Shown: piece by piece, positions 10,937 to 21,183 of the stretch
How positions within the stretch are numbered: position 1 is the stretch's first letter
How the letters are laid out: every line of letters begins with the position of its first letter
Sequence record: CM031383.1
Reading direction: 5' to 3' (one strand)
DNA: 32,000 bases
Program-made: the position numbers and the translations under genes
Notes under the pieces: generated by a model
Databases searched by the model: none
Told to the model about the DNA's origin: nothing
Seen by the model: the letters and a program-made list of their open reading frames with translations, nothing else

Positions 10937-13267
10937 TTATGAAAATGTATAAAGAGAAATTTTAGATCCACTTGACAAAATAACATATCCACTCGTTTTT
11001 GAAACAAGTACATGACCTGAGTCACTTACAACTCTTGCTTCTAACCCAGTACCTAAAAAAGGACGTTCTGGTCGAATTAAAGGTACAGCTTGTCTTTGCA
11101 TATTTGAACCCATTAAAGCACGATTTGCATCATCGTGTTCTAAAAATGGAATAAACGAAGTAGCAACAGAAATCATTTGAAGAGGAGATACACCAATCAA
11201 TGATAATTTTTGACTTTTCATTCGAACAAAACGTTTTCCAATTCTAACAGGAATTGATTTTTTTGGTAAAAAACCTAATAATGTGATGTTTAAATCAGGT
11301 GTAGCTGTTTTAAAATATTCTTCTTGATCTGGTGTTAAGAAAAAAACTCCTTCATTTTTTTGAATTTGTCGTTTGTAAACTTTATGAAAAGGTGAACAAA
11401 GAAATCCTTGAAAAGAAATTTTTGCATAAGTAGTAATTGAATTAACTAAACCAGTGTTTTTTCCTTCTGGAGTTTCAATCGGACAAATTCGACCATAATG
11501 AGAAGGGTGAATTCCACGAATAGCCAAAGTTGCTGTATCTCGCGAAACGCCTCCAGGTCCTAAAGAAGTTAATCGACGTTTATGTGTAATTTCAGCTAAA
11601 GGATTAATTTGATCCATAAATTGTGATAATGGGTGTGTTCCAAAAAATTCTCGAAAAGCACCATTTATAGGGCGTGTGTTAATCAATGAAAGAAAATTCA
11701 CAGCATTTTGTTGAATTGATGTTTGTTTCGAATTTCCATTTAATTTTAAACGAATAGATTTTTCTAATCGAATTAAACCAATACTGAAAATTTCTTGAAT
11801 AGATTCTCCTGCAGTTCGAACTCGTTTATTTTTTAAATGATCAATATCATCAATTTCTAAAAAACCATCTTCAATTTTCATTAAACAATCTGTAGCTGTT
11901 AAAACATCTAAAGCAGTTAATGTTGTTTGTTGTAGTGGAAGAGTTAATCCTAATTTTTTATTAATTGACAATCTTCCTTGTTTTCCTAAATCATATGTTT
12001 TAGGGTTCATAAATTTGTTTGAAAACCATTTTCTTCCTAATTCATATGCAGAGAGTTTACTTGCTACTCGTTTTTCAAAATTTTCTTTGGAGAATTTTTT
12101 ACGTTCTTGAGCTTTTGTAGAAGTTCTCAATTTTGTTGATTTTTCTTGAAATTTTTTGCGTTTGTAAAAACTGCCAGCCTGCCAACTTTTGGTGCGAAGC
12201 TGTTTGTCAACCTCTGATTGACGAGTTGACGTGTTTTCAAGTTGCTTTACATGAACAGTTTTTTCTAAAGAATCAATGTTCTTAGAGTTTTGGTTTCTAG
12301 AAAATTTTCTTGATATTTCGTTTTTTTCAGGTTTATAACCAAATAATTTTTTGCTATTCGCAAAAAAACCTATTTCTTTGACAACAAAAATTTTTTTTTC
12401 TGATTGTAAAGTATTTATTTTTTTTGCAAAAAAATGATATTTATTTTCATTTTGATTTTGTTGCGAAAAAGTTTCTTTTTTAAAAAACGAAGATTTTCGA
12501 AGAGTTTTTTTAAGTTTAAAAAGTTTTTGAATTTGTTCCCAAGCTTGTCGAGAGTTTGATACATAAGGATATTTTAATTCTTTTGAAGATTTTGATTTAT
12601 TTATTTTTTCCATTTCTTTTGTAAAGCTTTCTAATAAATACATTGGTTTTGAAACAGAATTTAATATATATTTTTCACTTAATCCCATTCCTAATAAAAA
12701 CCATAATAGTGGAATCTTTGGACCTTTTTTCATTTTTGCCCACATTGAAAAATCTTTATCACATTCAATTCGTAACCATGTTCCTTTTAAACATATAATA
12801 TCAGCATAATGGCGACAAAAAGTCGTAGTAGGTTTATCAGACCATTTACTTGAATAAATTTCATGTATATTTTCTCGAAAATATATACCTGGACTACGAA
12901 CTAATTGATTGATTATAACTCTAGGTGAACCATTTAAAACAAAATGTCCTCGGTTTGTCATTAATGGAAAATGTGCAAGAAGCATCCATTTTAAAAAAAC
13001 ACGTTTTTTTTTTCGATCTGTTATTTGTACTGGAACATATAACTTTGAAACATAACTTTTTTTATACAAAATTGCTTGTTGAATTGAATATAAAGGTTTT
13101 GTTAAACGATAATGTTCAGGATAGAAATATATTTCTATTTGTTTATCGACACAAGTAATTGGATTGCGTTTTGTTATTTCTTCAATAATTCCTTTTTCTA
13201 ACAAATAAAAAAATCCTTGTCTTTGAATTTCTACTAAATCTGGAATATAAAAATTTGAATTATACAT
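10937..13267 (-). CDS. rpoB: RNA polymerase beta subunit, N-terminal ORF of a split rpoB
   Basis: ORF track. PDLVEIQRQGFFYLLEKGI, MTNRGHFVLNGSPRVIINQLVRSPGIYF, LTSLGPGGVSRDTA..IRGIHPSHYGRICPIETPEGKNTGLV and FLEHDDANRALMGSNMQRQAVPL are N-terminal and central RpoB blocks. A Lys-rich insertion is present in the middle. Confidence 0.92.
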   Translation of the reverse strand: MYNSNFYIPDLVEIQRQGFFYLLEKGIIEEITKRNPITCVDKQIEIYFYPEHYRLTKPLYSIQQAILYKKSYVSKLYVPVQITDRKKKRVFLKWMLLAHFPLMTNRGHFVLNGSPRVIINQLVRSPGIYFRENIHEIYSSKWSDKPTTTFCRHYADIICLKGTWLRIECDKDFSMWAKMKKGPKIPLLWFLLGMGLSEKYILNSVSKPMYLLESFTKEMEKINKSKSSKELKYPYVSNSRQAWEQIQKLFKLKKTLRKSSFFKKETFSQQNQNENKYHFFAKKINTLQSEKKIFVVKEIGFFANSKKLFGYKPEKNEISRKFSRNQNSKNIDSLEKTVHVKQLENTSTRQSEVDKQLRTKSWQAGSFYKRKKFQEKSTKLRTSTKAQERKKFSKENFEKRVASKLSAYELGRKWFSNKFMNPKTYDLGKQGRLSINKKLGLTLPLQQTTLTALDVLTATDCLMKIEDGFLEIDDIDHLKNKRVRTAGESIQEIFSIGLIRLEKSIRLKLNGNSKQTSIQQNAVNFLSLINTRPINGAFREFFGTHPLSQFMDQINPLAEITHKRRLTSLGPGGVSRDTATLAIRGIHPSHYGRICPIETPEGKNTGLVNSITTYAKISFQGFLCSPFHKVYKRQIQKNEGVFFLTPDQEEYFKTATPDLNITLLGFLPKKSIPVRIGKRFVRMKSQKLSLIGVSPLQMISVATSFIPFLEHDDANRALMGSNMQRQAVPLIRPERPFLGTGLEARVVSDSGHVLVSKTSGYVILSSGSKISLYTFS

Positions 13268-14109
13268 TATTTTGACTATTTAATAGAATAATTATGAAAC
13301 GAGCTTTGATTCTAGAAAAAATAGAATACAAAAATTTTCAAAACAAAAAAAATTTATAAATAAAATAAAAGAATACTCATAATAAAAGCAAAAAAAGCTT
13401 TTTTTGAATATAGAAAATTCAAAAAAGTTTTTTGTAATCATAAAACAAAATACTTATGAAGAAACAAAGTTGATGGTGCTAGCCTGCTCAATGCCGGAGG
13501 AAAAACCAGGCCAACCCTGTTTACATTACTTTGTCCAATTTTTTTGCAAAACAACTGCTGCAAAAATCAGTTTTTAATATTCAATCTTTTAAAATTTTTC
13601 AAATTATGATATAATTGAAAAAGAATAAGAAATTTCTTATTTTTTTTTTTAACTTGAAATTTTAAAAAACAGAAAATTTCAAAAATTATAAACATGAATA
13701 AATTGAAATAATGAAGTTTTGATATGAAAAATAATTTATTTTTTTTTTAAGAAAAAAAAAGCTTTACATAATATATCTTAATCAAAACTTTTTGAATATG
13801 GATTTGCTTGGAAATATAGAAAGAAATATGAGAAAAAATTTCTATAAATTGCTTATTTATCACATTAATAAACTTATAAAACTAAAAAAATATGTTACAT
13901 AAACATATATATGTATATATAAATCAAAAAAAGAGGAGAAAAATAAAATAAAATTTCTTCTTTTTTTCAAGTCTCTTTTTAATGAAAAGAGTTTTTTAAA
14001 GAATTTTTTAAAAAAGACAATGAAAAAATATCCACCAATTAGGTCCATAAATTTTATGGGAAGATTCACTTTTTTAGAATATATATCTAAATTTTTTCGC
14101 TTTTTCTTT

Positions 14110-14173
14110 TTATTGAGTTTTTTGGCAGCGGAGCAACTTTTTTTTGCGAGCAAAAAAAGTTTTTCCTTTTTGG
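14110..14173. repeat. dispersed repeat copy A (pairs with 20870-20932)
   Basis: Manual alignment: TTATTGAG..TTTTGGCAGCGGAGCAACTTTTTTTTGCGAGCAAAAAAAGTTTTTCCTTTTTGG against the copy at 20870-20932, with most positions identical. The tail TTTTGGTAGCGAAGCAATTGGC (14168-14189) recurs exactly at 23274-23295. Confidence 0.8.
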
Positions 14174-14688
14174 TAGCGAAGCAATTGGCTGCTCCGCAGC
14201 CTTTTTTCGTTTTTTCCCTTTTGGAAACTGCCTACTGACAGACTGCCAAAAGGGAAAAGGTAAAAATAAAAAAACTTCATTAAAAAAAAGCTCTGCCCTT
14301 TTTAAAAAAGCCCGTTTTTTGGTCGGAAAACGTAAGACTGGGCAACGACAAAAATAAAAACATAAAGTTTTTGTCGAGAAGAATAAAAAAGCTAAAATTT
14401 TAAGTGATTCTGGATTCGTAGGAAAATAAAAAAGAAAAAGTGAAAAAATATTCAATATTTACTATTTTTATAGTTTATTTTTAATGAGTTATTAAAAACT
14501 TTTAATACGCTTATTTATTTTTATTTTACATTTTTTTAAAATGTTTATGAAATTTTCATTATTTGATTTTGTTTATTCTTGTTTTTTTTGCATTTTTCTA
14601 TTTTATTTTTTTAGATAAAAAAAATAAACCTAAAAGGCAAGATATATTTTTTTAAAGAAAAATATGAAAAAATAAGAAAAGAACATAA

Positions 14689-14880
<192 letters not shown>

Positions 14881-15541
14881 TTTTTTTTTGTTTACAACGT
14901 TCAAAAAAAAAAATTTTCAAATAAAAGAATAGTTTATTAAAAAATGATAGTTTAGCGCTCAATAAAATTCTTTAAACATTTTTTGCAGCTGTTGTCTAAC
15001 ACACCAAATTTGTTTATATTGTTGGCTTTGTCAGAATCAAAACTTAGACTATGCAGAGCTGACAAAAAGGAAGAAAAAACTTTCAAACAAACTTTCAGCT
15101 TAATTCAAAAATTGACAGTTTTTTTTGATTTGTGAACTTTACTCACAGAATGTTAATCTTCCTTTTAGCACAAAGCAATAATAATTTAGTTTTTAGAAAC
15201 TAAAGTTGAACAAAGTTCCACAAAGTTGGCTGCCTTGATATTACAAGGCAAAATTAGAAACGTAAAACGATATTAAAAATATCGCGACTGCTGTAAAAAT
15301 TTATCAAGAATTTTATGTACGATAGTGGTAAGCTAACATAAAACTCTATTCGAAACCAACCTAACGGTCCGTAATAGACGGAATTTCTAAAGGAAACACG
15401 TAAAATAAAAACCAAAAGGCTAAACTCAACAAAAAATTTACTTGAAAACAAGTAAAAATTTCAAAATTTTGTGTTTTTCTAAAAAAAAATTTTTGAATTT
15501 ATTTTTCTTGTTAAATTTTAGACCTAAATTATTTTTTCTAT

Positions 15542-15658
15542 ATGGCTAGACCTAATCCCAATAAACAAGTTGTAGAATTAAACCGTACTAGTCTTTATTG
15601 GGGACTATTATTAATCTTTGTTTTAGCTGTTCTTTTTTCTTCTTATATTTTCAACTAA
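15542..15658 (+). CDS. psbL: photosystem II protein L (38 aa)
   Basis: Hand translation gives [38 protein letters not shown], ending at [29 protein letters not shown] is the PsbL signature. Confidence 0.93.
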
Positions 15659-16214
15659 TTCAATTATTTAAATATTCAATGAAAACTCATTTTTAAAACA
15701 TTTTAAAGTTTATTGTTCATATTTTCCTTGTGAACAATTTCAAAAAAATTAAAAATGTTGAAATTTCACATAAATGGATTTATTTGTTGTTTTAGTATTA
15801 GCTTTTTTTTAGTTGTAAACTTTTAAAGTTTCACTTTTTATAAACAAAAAGCTAATATTAAAACTTATCAAAAATAACTTATGTTTTAAATGTTTTTTGG
15901 TTTTGTGAAATTTTCGAGAAATTTTTATTCACCTTTTGCAACAAAAATAACTATTTCAGTTGTTTATTCTAGAATATTACACAGCAAGTTCATCAATATG
16001 AGCTATTTTTGTTTTAAAGGGCTTGACAGTTTCTTTGAAAACAACGCCTCAGCCTGAGTTTTTACTTTGGCAAAGCAAAGCAAGGCTAGCAAGCAAATAT
16101 TTTTTTGAATATATTAAATCAAAGTTTCTAGAGTATTAAAAAATGAAAAGCTGGAAAAAATAATCTTCAAAAAGATGACAATTTTTTGAAAAAATGATAT
16201 AATTAAAATAAAAA

Positions 16215-16743
16215 GGGGATATGGCGGAATGGTAGACGCTTCGGACTTGAATAACAAGAATAAATATTCTATTTTGAGCTTTTCTAAAGAAATTTAGAAA
16301 ATGAAAGTTTTCAAAATCAGAGAAAAAATATTTCGGTTTTGTTTGTTAACATTTTTAACAAAGCTTTTTTTTGTGAAAAAATTGAGTTGTTTTCTCTGTT
16401 GCCCCAACCCGCCCAGCTTTCAGAAGCGCTGAGCAGGTTGAAAGAACAAAAAACATTCGAATTATTTTAAATTCTGAACCTAGTTGTTTAATATTGTTAA
16501 CCTGAATAAAGCTCATATTATGAGAAATAGCAGCAAATAAACAAAGCAATAACCTAGCTGTAAAAGCTAAGTTTATAATAAACAAAAGGTGCAGAGACTT
16601 TATGAAAATTATCTACTAAAATTTTTTTGATTGTTTTCATTAAAAACAATGAAAACTTAGATAAAGAAAAAGTCCAAAAAATTCATTTTTAAGAAAATCC
16701 GTTGATCTTTTCGATCGTGAGGGTTCAAGTCCCTCTATCCCCA
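16215..16743 (+). tRNA. trnL: tRNA-Leu(UAA), interrupted in the anticodon loop by a group I intron
   Basis: The 5' exon 16215-16248 is GGGGATATGGCGGAATGGTAGACGCTTCGGACTT. The 3' exon 16694-16743 is AAAATCCGTTGATCTTTTCGATCGTGAGGGTTCAAGTCCCTCTATCCCCA. Joined, they give the anticodon loop CTTAAAA (UAA), the acceptor GGGGATA/TATCCCC and a T arm GGGTTCAAGTCCC. Confidence 0.9.
16249..16693 (+). other. group I intron of trnL(UAA), 445 nt, no ORF
   Basis: It is inserted between U34 and A35 and ends in G. It carries the conserved trnL-intron strings TTGAGC...TTTCAAAATCAGAGAAA (16273-16330) and GGTGCAGAGACTTTATGAAAATTATCTACTAA (16588-16619). Confidence 0.85.
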
Positions 16744-16981
16744 AAATGAAGTTAGAAACTAGAATTTTTCATTATTTTAAAGAATTTTTTTTTGATTTTT
16801 TCCTTCCGCGAGCTTTGCCCAACCATCGAGTGGGGAAGGCGGGGAACCAGCAAAAGCTATTGAATTATCAAAAAAGTTCAAAACTGAATATGTTTAAAAT
16901 TTATCAATAAATATTGAATTCTTTTTTCAATATTTATTTTTCAATTTTTCAGTTTCATTAATTTTTTTTTCTTTTTCTATT

Positions 16982-17095
16982 ATGGTTGAACCTTTACTTT
17001 CAGGAATTGTATTAGGCTTAGTTCCAGTAACTATTGCAGGCTTATTTGTTACTGCATATTTACAATATCGTCGTGGAGACCAAGCAACTTGGTAA
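16982..17095 (+). CDS. petG: cytochrome b6f subunit V (37 aa)
   Basis: Hand translation gives [37 protein letters not shown], ending at [34 protein letters not shown] is the PetG signature. Confidence 0.92.
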   Translation: MVEPLLSGIVLGLVPVTIAGLFVTAYLQYRRGDQATW

Positions 17096-17106
17096 TTTAA
17101 ATAAAT

Positions 17107-17164
17107 AAAAAAGATTTGTGATCTTGTAGTTAATTTGTTGACTACAAAATCACAAATCTTTTTT
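17107..17164 (+). terminator. 24-bp stem (1 mismatch) with a 10-nt loop, immediately 3' of petG
   Basis: AAAAAAGATTTGTGATCTTGTAGT / ACTACAAAATCACAAATCTTTTTT. It starts 12 nt after the petG stop. Confidence 0.6.
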
Positions 17165-17313
17165 TTCGAACAATTTTAACTCATTGTTTTTTAATGATGG
17201 AAATTTTTTACATCGTAAATGAAAAAGTTTTTGTTTTTAAACAAATTTTTTTCAATTTTTCTTGTTTAGAAAAAAACAATAAACAATATTCAAAAAAAAA
17301 ATTCAAAAAAATA

Positions 17314-17775
<462 letters not shown>

Positions 17776-18098
17776 TTATTTAAGGAAAATGAAAATTTTA
17801 ATAAAACTTCTTGTTAAAAAATTCTATTAAAATAAAAAAATTTTAAAGCATAAATTATCTCATTTTTTTGATTTTTCAAGTTTTTTATTTTGAAAAAAAT
17901 TTGAAATTTTAAAAATTCACATTTATCTTTTTAATAAATAATGTTTTTTAGAGTAAAACACTCTAAATATAAAAATTATTTATTAAAGTTTTATTTTTCT
18001 ATTTAGAACTTATTTTGAATAAAGAATATTTCTTTTTTAATCATCTATTGCAAAATAAATTTAAATTGTCTATTTTATATTTCTTTATTGAAAGAAAC

Positions 18099-18283
18099 TT
18101 TGATTTTTAGCTATTGCTAAATTTGTTAGCTACCTCATTTTTTTGAGTTTTTCGCTTTTGGTTTTTGCTTCAAAAGGCCTTTTGTTAGCCAAAAGCGAAA
18201 AACTCAAAACCTAAAAATTCAAAAAAAAATAGGCGACAGCCAACAAGAGAAAGAAAACTCTAAAACAATAGCTAAAAATCAAA
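18099..18283. repeat. nested palindromic structure (about 185 bp) between psaJ and rps12
   Basis: The outer arms 18099-18116 and 18266-18283 are 18 bp and perfect. The inner arms 18141-18161 and 18189-18209 are 21 bp and perfect. The centre is a 14-nt palindrome CAAAAGGCCTTTTG at 18171-18184. Confidence 0.85.
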
Positions 18284-18351
18284 AAATCGAAAAAGAAAAA
18301 GTATATTTCTTCTTTTTATAATAATATTTATTGTTTTCACAATAAATGAAA

Positions 18352-18477
18352 TTAGAATGAAAATACTAAAGGATCAGGAAAAAATCTATTGATTTCGATT
18401 AATAAAGCTGCAGTAACTGTAAACCAAGCTAAAGCAACTACAGGAGCTGTAGATAAATAAGTCGTGAAATTTTTCAT
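18352..18477 (-). CDS. psaJ: photosystem I subunit IX (41 aa)
   Basis: Hand translation of the reverse strand gives [41 protein letters not shown], ending at TAA. The PsaJ signature is TYLSTAPV...[11 protein letters not shown]. Confidence 0.9.
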   Translation of the reverse strand: MKNFTTYLSTAPVVALAWFTVTAALLIEINRFFPDPLVFSF

Positions 18478-18911
18478 AAAAAATTCTTTTTATAATTGTT
18501 TCAAATATATTTTTAAAAAAACTATTTGGAAAAAGCTATTTTTATTTTTTAAAAATATTGAATTTTCTAATCAAAAAACCAATTATTAAATTCGTTTTAA
18601 AATGAAATTTCAATGAAAATTGAAAACAATTTGAAACACTATTCTTTCTTGGTGTTTATTCATTTATATGAATATTTTTTGTTCTATTTTTTTTGTTTTT
18701 TTTTTTAATGCAAAATTTACAAATTTATTGAATAAAACAACAAATTGAAAAAAAAGTTAAAAGGTTTAAAAAATAGACAAATTTTTAGAAAAATTTAGTT
18801 TTTATTTTGAAGAAAGAAATTTTTTTTTCAAAATAAAGACTAAAATGAGTTGTGCTAACAGTCCTGGCTTGGTATTTTACTTTTACCTAAGTTTTGAGTT
18901 TTGCCTTGCTA

Positions 18912-18983
18912 TTTTTTTATTGAGCCTTTTGGTAACTGCCGGCTGGCAGGCCTGGCAGGCTGCCAAAAGGCTCAATAAAAAAA
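18912..18983. repeat. composite dispersed-repeat hairpin: 21-bp perfect arms around a GGCAGG-rich core
   Basis: TTTTTTTATTGAGCCTTTTGG (18912-18932) and CCAAAAGGCTCAATAAAAAAA (18963-18983) flank TAACTGCCGGCTGGCAGGCCTGGCAGGCTG. Confidence 0.85.
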
Positions 18984-19008
18984 TAAAGTCGGACAAGAAA
19001 GCGCAACA

Positions 19009-19029
19009 TAGCATAACTTTGTTATGCTA
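19009..19029 (-). terminator. short stem-loop 10 nt 3' of the atpI stop
   Basis: TAGCATAAC TTT GTTATGCTA: a 9-bp perfect stem with a 3-nt loop. Confidence 0.45.
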
Positions 19030-19039
19030 AAAAAAATTT

Positions 19040-19771
19040 TTAATGGTGATCTTCAACTGCTTCACCAATATATGCTCCTGCTAATGTTGCAAATACAAGA
19101 GCTTGAATAGCACTTGTAAAACAACCTAATAACATAATAGGAATTGGAATAATTAGAGGTACTAACGAAACTAAAACTCCAACAACTAGTTCATCAGCAA
19201 GAATGTTCCCGAATAAACGGAAACTAAGCGATAACGGCTTTGTGAAGTCTTCAAGTACGTTAATCGGTAATAAAAATGCTGCTGGTTGAACATAACGATT
19301 AAAATAACCTAGACCTTTTTTACGAATACCTGCATAAAAATAAGAAATTGATGTTAATAAAGCAAGAGCTACTGTTGTATTAATATCATTTGTAGGAGCT
19401 GCTAATTCTCCGTGCGGTAATTCGATTAATCGCCATGGTAATAAAGCCCCAGACCAGTTTGAAACAAAAATAAATAAAAATACAGTTCCTAAATAAGGAA
19501 CCCATTTTAAATATTCTTCTTCACCGATTTGTGTTTTTGCTAAATCACGAATAAATTCAGTAACAAATTCAGTAAAATTTTGTAACCCATCTGGTGTTGA
19601 TTTTAAATTACTATTTGCTACGAAAGATAAAGCAAAAATAACAGCCAAAACAAACCATGAAACTAATAATACTTGTCCATGTACTTCATAAGCACCTAAT
19701 TGCCAATAAAAATGTTGACCAACAGAAACTTCTGCAATTTCTGAAATAGGATTTAGAAGAAAATCATTCAT
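19040..19771 (-). CDS. atpI: ATP synthase CF0 subunit a (IV)
   Basis: ORF track. [54 protein letters not shown] and [16 protein letters not shown] are AtpI blocks. Confidence 0.95.
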   Translation of the reverse strand: MNDFLLNPISEIAEVSVGQHFYWQLGAYEVHGQVLLVSWFVLAVIFALSFVANSNLKSTPDGLQNFTEFVTEFIRDLAKTQIGEEEYLKWVPYLGTVFLFIFVSNWSGALLPWRLIELPHGELAAPTNDINTTVALALLTSISYFYAGIRKKGLGYFNRYVQPAAFLLPINVLEDFTKPLSLSFRLFGNILADELVVGVLVSLVPLIIPIPIMLLGCFTSAIQALVFATLAGAYIGEAVEDHH

Positions 19772-20869
19772 AAATTTTTAAATAACTACTTTAGAATTTT
19801 TTATAAGTTGAACAAATTCACAAAAACATGTTTGCAACAATAACTTTATTACTAACAAACGCCTAATGAATTTTTGCTAAATGATAGAAAACTTTTTCTG
19901 CGATAGTACGAAGCTACCTAACCTGCAAAATTTGTTCTACCTTTGTTTTGAACATCACATAACACATTGTTGAACTGTCTATAAAAAGACCAGCTTTGTT
20001 AGCGTAACTAACTTATAAAATGTTGCAAATTTTTTATAAAGCAAGGCAGAACTGCAAATTAAAGGAAAAACGGAATTTTTTAACAGAGTTCTTAAAAATA
20101 TGATTTTTATTAAAATTTCATGAAGAAACTTAAAAAACCTTTAAAATAAAGTTCTTAATTCTATTAAAAAATTTCTTTTTCTGCCGGAGGCAGAAAAAAA
20201 GTTTTTTCATTTATTAAAAAAGTATTTAGACTAAATTTGAAAAATTTGTTCTTTATTAACAACCAAAAAATGACTTTTTTTTTATGAAATTTCTATATAT
20301 CTGATTTTCAAAAACTTTTGCAGCTTAACTTATTAACAAATGTAACAAGTTAAGTTGTTAAACTGCTCAAGTTGCTCAGCTTATCGATCTATGATCAATA
20401 AGTTACGTCGTCCTAAAAACAGGGTGCTTACCCAGCATTGAGAAGCAGTGTCTGCGCAGTCGGTTGCGTACTGAAATGACGTTAGATAAATGCACTGTTC
20501 TAAGTCACTATTGAAAAATCAAAAAAAGAAAATTGTGTAAAATCAAATAAACAATGAGACAAAATTTTGCTTCAAAGGGCTTAGAAGAGCCTGTTAGGAA
20601 TAGCCTTTTTAAACGAAAAATTTATTTCCAATATTTCAATGCTGATTTTAAATTCATTAAAATATTTCAAAGTTTTGAACACAAAATTTTTGAAAACACT
20701 TGTTGTTTATTTGAAAAAAAAAAGGAATATCTTTTTGAAAATTTGTAATTAAGTAACTACGTTACTTAACAAAATAAATCAATTCTAAACAAGAATTGAT
20801 TTTTTAGAATTATTTTTGTCATTTTTTGCCTCAGCATACTCAGTTCAGCTTATCACTGAGCAAGGCTTT

Positions 20870-20932
20870 TTTAGTGAGCCTTTTGGCAGCGTAGCTACTT
20901 TTTTCGCTCGCAAAAAAAGTTTTCCTTTTTGG
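20870..20932. repeat. dispersed repeat copy B (pairs with 14110-14173)
   Basis: TTTAGTGAGCCTTTTGGCAGCGTAGCTACTTTTTTCGCTCGCAAAAAAAGTTTTCCTTTTTGG aligns with copy A over its whole length. Confidence 0.8.
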
Positions 20933-21054
20933 GAAAAAACCAAAAAGGAAAAACTCAAGTGTCAGTATTACTTACTTTTTAATTGAGTAATTACTCAAGA
21001 AAAAAACGAGAGCTTGACAAAAAATAAGGGTTGGCATTGCTTCGCTAGGAAAAA

Positions 21055-21183
21055 TTATAAAGAAGAACCTAAACCAACATAAGAACCATAGAAAAAAATT
21101 GCAAGAATACCAATAGCTGCTGTACCTACAAAAGTTCCAATTAACCATAATGGGATACGTCCAGTAGTTCCTGTATTAGACAT
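21055..21183 (-). CDS. psbJ: photosystem II protein J (42 aa)
   Basis: Hand translation of the reverse strand gives [42 protein letters not shown], ending at TAA. GRIPLWL.GT......G....FFYGSY.GLGSSL is the PsbJ signature. Confidence 0.92.
   Translation of the reverse strand: MSNTGTTGRIPLWLIGTFVGTAAIGILAIFFYGSYVGLGSSL

Noticed and set aside
13860-14455. Three overlapping ORFs (97, 72 and 122 aa) on both strands
   Set aside because: They lie in dispersed-repeat and homopolymer DNA, overlap each other on opposite strands and give low-complexity K/F-rich translations.
16355-16585. 76-aa ORF inside the trnL intron
   Set aside because: It is antisense to the intron, has no LAGLIDADG, GIY-YIG or HNH motifs and overlaps conserved core sequence. 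It is a chance ORF.
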